Positions 61,454 to 64,000 of a stretch of 64,000 bases of DNA are shown here, piece by piece (positions within the stretch are counted from its first letter, which is position 1; every line of letters starts with the position of its first letter). The notes under the pieces were generated by a model. The model was not told the origin of the DNA, made no database searches, and was given only the letters and a program-made list of their open reading frames with translations. This stretch comes from an uncultured Pseudomonadota bacterium (GTDB lineage: Bacteria; Oederibacteriota; Muellerivitia; Muellerivitales; Muellerivitaceae): the NCBI GenBank assembly GCA_963770835.1, contig CAVYRH010000005.1, forward strand, positions 224,001 to 288,000, given 5' to 3'. A program made the position numbers and the translations under genes.

Positions 61454-63010
61454 ATGGGAGAGCGGAAATGGCTTTATATCTTTTTGGGAGTGTTTCTTTT
61501 AGCCGGTTTTCAAAACGTTTCGGCGCAAACCGATCCATTTCGGGAAGTCATTGATTATCTCAACAATAAACCGTACACAGCTGACAAGGCCGACCTGACG
61601 AAAGCCGATTTGAAAGTTGGCGATGAAGTCGATCAGGCACTGACTGATGTCGGTCTTTCCGTCTACACGCTCCTTCGAAACGAACCTTTTGCCCGTCACG
61701 GCTACCTCTTCAAGGATATGATATTACAGGACATTTTCTCCCAAACTAATTGGTATAAAGGGAACCCGGATTTCCAGTTCGGACAACTGAGCCCCCAAGA
61801 GAGCAAGAACGTCGAGTTCATCAAGTCCATCGAAAGCAATTACGATTACGATAATATCGCGAATTCCTTGAAAACCCTTAATAGCTCGCTTCTCGACGAT
61901 GATCTTTACAGCGCCATGTCCCTGCCCTTTCCCCACGATGTTTTGATGTCGCTCCACCACGTTCGGTTGAACCCGTCCCGCCTGTTGCGGAACCTGATCT
62001 TTGCGAAACGCGGGTACATCTTTAACGAGCCATTGCTTAAAAATATTTTCTCAAGGACGGACTGGTATTCGCCGAAATCCGGGAATATCGCGGATATCCT
62101 TCCACAGATGTCCAAGACGGAAGTAAGGGATATCGAATTGTTGCGGAAAAAAGAGTGGGTCGACATTTTAGACTCCGTGAATTTCACGCTGCCCAAGGGC
62201 ATGTTTTTCATTCCCACCATCGGGTTTAACGCCCTGTTCATCCGTGAATTGACGTTTCAAGGCGAACCCTACTATTACAGTTCTAGCTTGTTCGACTTCG
62301 CCGAGGCCGCGGACGCCGGGATTTTGGATGGCCACAAAACAAACGCGGAAGAGCTGGTGGCCCCGGATGTCATCGCCAAGATTGAAGCCGAACCGGATCC
62401 GGCCAAGAAACTCGTTCTGTTTTTTAACAATAAGAAATACAAGGGCTACGCGGATACGATCGTTTTCAACCATAGCGACATGCAAGTTCCCACCTATCTT
62501 CAGGAGGCGGTCAAGGATTATGGCGTGGATTACCTGGTTTTGCTCCGGAAGGAAATCCACGCCAGGGTCGGCGTCAAGTTCGCGGACCAGAGAAGTTTCA
62601 ATATATTTTCTAAATGCGGTTGGTACAAAGCTCGGTATGACTTGACGCCTTTCACCGAAAGCCGTTTTCCCCCGGAAGCGAAAATCAGCAAAACCGAAAT
62701 CCGGAACTTCTCCCTATTGGAGGGGGTAGAGCTGGCTCCGAAAGCCTTGCTTTACAGGGATAAAAACATGGTCGCGGACCTTAAAAACGATAGTTTTGTT
62801 TTCGTTAAGGTTGGAAGAGTGAAGATTCCCAGTTCGGAGTCCGATGAAGAATCCGACGAAGAAATGGAAATCGGGTCTGAATATCCAACCCTGGAAGCCT
62901 ATGAGAAGGGGTCCTTGCAATCGGTAATCGACGATATTTTTAAGCGAATCAGAATCGATGGGAACGAGTATAAGGAACAAGAAGTGGGGTATACCGCCAG
63001 AGGAATGTGA
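61454..63010 (+). CDS. Secreted protein with three YARHG-like domains
   Basis: LRNEPFARHGYLF..WY, LRNLIFAKRGYIF..WY, LRKEIHARVGVKF..WY. Confidence 0.85.
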   Translation: MGERKWLYIFLGVFLLAGFQNVSAQTDPFREVIDYLNNKPYTADKADLTKADLKVGDEVDQALTDVGLSVYTLLRNEPFARHGYLFKDMILQDIFSQTNWYKGNPDFQFGQLSPQESKNVEFIKSIESNYDYDNIANSLKTLNSSLLDDDLYSAMSLPFPHDVLMSLHHVRLNPSRLLRNLIFAKRGYIFNEPLLKNIFSRTDWYSPKSGNIADILPQMSKTEVRDIELLRKKEWVDILDSVNFTLPKGMFFIPTIGFNALFIRELTFQGEPYYYSSSLFDFAEAADAGILDGHKTNAEELVAPDVIAKIEAEPDPAKKLVLFFNNKKYKGYADTIVFNHSDMQVPTYLQEAVKDYGVDYLVLLRKEIHARVGVKFADQRSFNIFSKCGWYKARYDLTPFTESRFPPEAKISKTEIRNFSLLEGVELAPKALLYRDKNMVADLKNDSFVFVKVGRVKIPSSESDEESDEEMEIGSEYPTLEAYEKGSLQSVIDDIFKRIRIDGNEYKEQEVGYTARGM

Positions 63011-63026
63011 AACCTCCGGCAAATTA

Positions 63027-63106
63027 TTAACGGAATCTTAATATTGAAATACCGGCCATGACCGGCCTTAAGCGCCGGTGTCTGTTCCAAACTTCCGGCA
63101 TTCCTT
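63027..63106 (+). repeat. 80-bp direct repeat, copy 1 (copy 2 at 63707-63786)
   Basis: Gapless alignment sharing TTAAC.GAATCTT, GAAATACCGGCCAT, CGGCCTT, CTTCCGGCAT.CCTT. Confidence 0.75.
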
Positions 63107-63171
63107 CAGGAAAATACGGGATAATAAGGGAATTCGACGGTAGAAGATTTTTAACCCATAAGGCGGACCCA

Positions 63172-63669
63172 ATGGCCAAGGTTTTAGGTTTGATCTGGTT
63201 GGCTCTTTTTGTTTCCTTGATGGTTTATTTCTATTCATCCATTGACGGTTTACCCGACCGGCTGGCGGTTCATTTTGACGCCGGCGGGAATCCCAACGGG
63301 TTCCAAAGCAAAACCGCGTTTACGGGCACTTTTCCACTGTTTGTGCTGCTGATCAATGGTCTCTTGGCGGTTTTTTGCTGGGCCATCCATAAAATCCCGG
63401 CCCAGTTCATCAATGTCCCCTGGAAAAGCTATTGGCTGTCCACACCCGATAGAATTTCTCAAATGAACGAGAGGATGCCGGCAGCCATGATGTTGGTGGG
63501 GCTTTTCGTCAACGTCGTCTTCTTTTTCGCGGTTCACGCCATCGTGCAGGCCAACAGCAAGGAAGCGGGGATCAACATCCCCATCAACGCCGGCGTGTTG
63601 GGGATTTTTGTGCTTTCCCTTTTTTTATTGGCGGCACTCTTGATGATCTTTAAGCCTCGTGGCGAATAG
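63172..63669 (+). CDS. DUF1648-domain membrane protein
   Basis: LPDRLAVHFDAGGNPNGF motif, INVPWK.YW, four TM segments. Confidence 0.85.
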   Translation: MAKVLGLIWLALFVSLMVYFYSSIDGLPDRLAVHFDAGGNPNGFQSKTAFTGTFPLFVLLINGLLAVFCWAIHKIPAQFINVPWKSYWLSTPDRISQMNERMPAAMMLVGLFVNVVFFFAVHAIVQANSKEAGINIPINAGVLGIFVLSLFLLAALLMIFKPRGE

Positions 63670-63851
63670 CCGTTCCTTTTGCCCCCGCAAACCAAAACCC
63701 CAAGTTTTAACAGAATCTTCACATCGAAATACCGGCCATATTCGGCCTTGAAAGCTCATGCCCGTCCCTCGCTTCCGGCATACCTTGCTTATTCGTTCCA
63801 GAAAGCGCATGATGCTCATCCGGCCGTTCTCTTCGCCGAAGGAGCCACCCC

Positions 63852-64000
63852 ATGAAACAAGTCCGATACCCCGAAAGCATTTTCTGCGCGGAATGCGAAA
63901 GCCATGTCGAAATGCGCAACTGCAGGATCCTGGACCGAAAAACCAAGGGGAAGACCCAGGTGGAATTCGACTACGTCTGCGTCACCTGCGGCCACCGCGC
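63852..64000 (+). CDS. Small CxxC...CxxC zinc-ribbon protein (runs off window end; not in ORF track)
   Basis: AAGGAG RBS; MKQVRYPESIFCAECESHVEMRNCRILDRKTKGKTQVEFDYVCVTCGHR. Confidence 0.65.
   Translation, partial: MKQVRYPESIFCAECESHVEMRNCRILDRKTKGKTQVEFDYVCVTCGHR

Noticed and set aside
63093..63110. Sigma54 promoter within the 80-bp repeat
   Set aside because: GG-to-GC spacing is 8 rather than the required 10 in copy 2, and the GC is absent in copy 1.

Overview
A bacterial chromosomal window from an unidentified, probably diderm lineage. Nearly all genes are on the + strand. It holds housekeeping blocks (uvrC 3' part, a sigma54-type two-component system, rph-rdgB, argDFGH-lysA, dapAB/dapL, folK-dnk-panBCD, nadA-nadX, xseA/xseB-ispA-dxs, a frameshifted IOR-family oxidoreductase), seven tRNA genes, and several families of orphan intergenic palindromic repeats. 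The standout is a pair of homologous, very small integrative elements about 3.6 kb apart: 9230-13742 in tRNA-Arg(TCT) and 17323-22377 in tRNA-Val(TAC). Each has a tyrosine integrase, identical arm-type-like sites and 10-bp phased repeats. Each also has a ~1.2 kb mostly non-coding control region with two long hairpins; one hairpin shows compensatory base changes and is predicted to fold on the strand antisense to the integrase. Each ends in a non-homologous cargo slot carrying a toxin-antitoxin-like pair plus a secreted repeat protein. No xis, rep, relaxase or phage genes are recognisable, so this looks like a minimal, possibly RNA-regulated or helper-dependent, tRNA-targeting element family. 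All calls were made by eye from the sequence and ORF track; no database searches were run.
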